Below, one piece after another: positions 26,796 through 26,880 of a DNA stretch of 26,880 nucleotides (its first letter is position 1; each line of letters starts with the position of its first letter). Position numbers and translations under genes: made by a program. Origin of the DNA: a virus (lineage: Duplodnaviria > Caudoviricetes). The DNA is taken from positions 1 through 26,880 of the IMG/VR virus record IMGVR_UViG_3300005805_000392; one strand, written 5' to 3'. The notes under the pieces are model-generated. The model saw only the letters and a program-made list of their open reading frames with translations. It did not search any database and had not been told where the DNA came from.

Positions 26796-26880
26796 TGGCA
26801 TATTCAGGACGTTTCTCACCAAGGAATCCCAAGAAGTATCTTGGAGATCCCACCAATATCTGGTATCGTAGCCTTTGGGA
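26795..26880 (+). CDS. gp4: Head completion protein gp4, 5' fragment truncated by the window edge
   Basis: MAYSGRFSPRNPKKYLGDPTNIWYRSLW matches the T4 gp4 N-terminal pattern (MAYSG...P.N..KY.GDP..I.YRS.WE); divergent from the baseplate genes as in T4-like phages. Confidence 0.9.
   Translation, partial: MAYSGRFSPRNPKKYLGDPTNIWYRSLW

Noticed and set aside
1-26880. Stop-codon reassignment (alternative genetic code)
   Set aside because: All conserved genes are intact in code 11, and TAA, TAG and TGA each end genes immediately before the next start.

Overview
This window is a virion-structural (baseplate and fibre) block of a large T4-like myovirus of the cyanophage/environmental T4-like type. 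It is gene-dense, roughly 60% AT, and almost entirely one minus-strand late operon. Gene order from right to left: gp48, gp53, gp27-like hub, gp5 lacking a lysozyme domain, a 730-aa chimeric unknown, gp25, gp6, gp7, gp8, a VrlC/DUF4815-like protein split into two genes, a small coiled-coil gene, a collagen-like fibre with an S74 chaperone, a putative tip adhesin, a small Ig-like virion protein, and a second collagen-like fibre that runs off the left edge (1..1119, not in the ORF track). The start of gp4 diverges on the + strand at the right edge, behind overlapping back-to-back T4-type late promoters. The most striking non-gene signal, from a manual scan, is near-total avoidance of three 4-bp palindromes (GGCC 0, CCGG 0, TTAA 13) while other palindromes are common. 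The putative adhesin gene escapes the TTAA avoidance, which suggests a recent swap. Product calls come from recognising motifs and synteny; no database searches were run.
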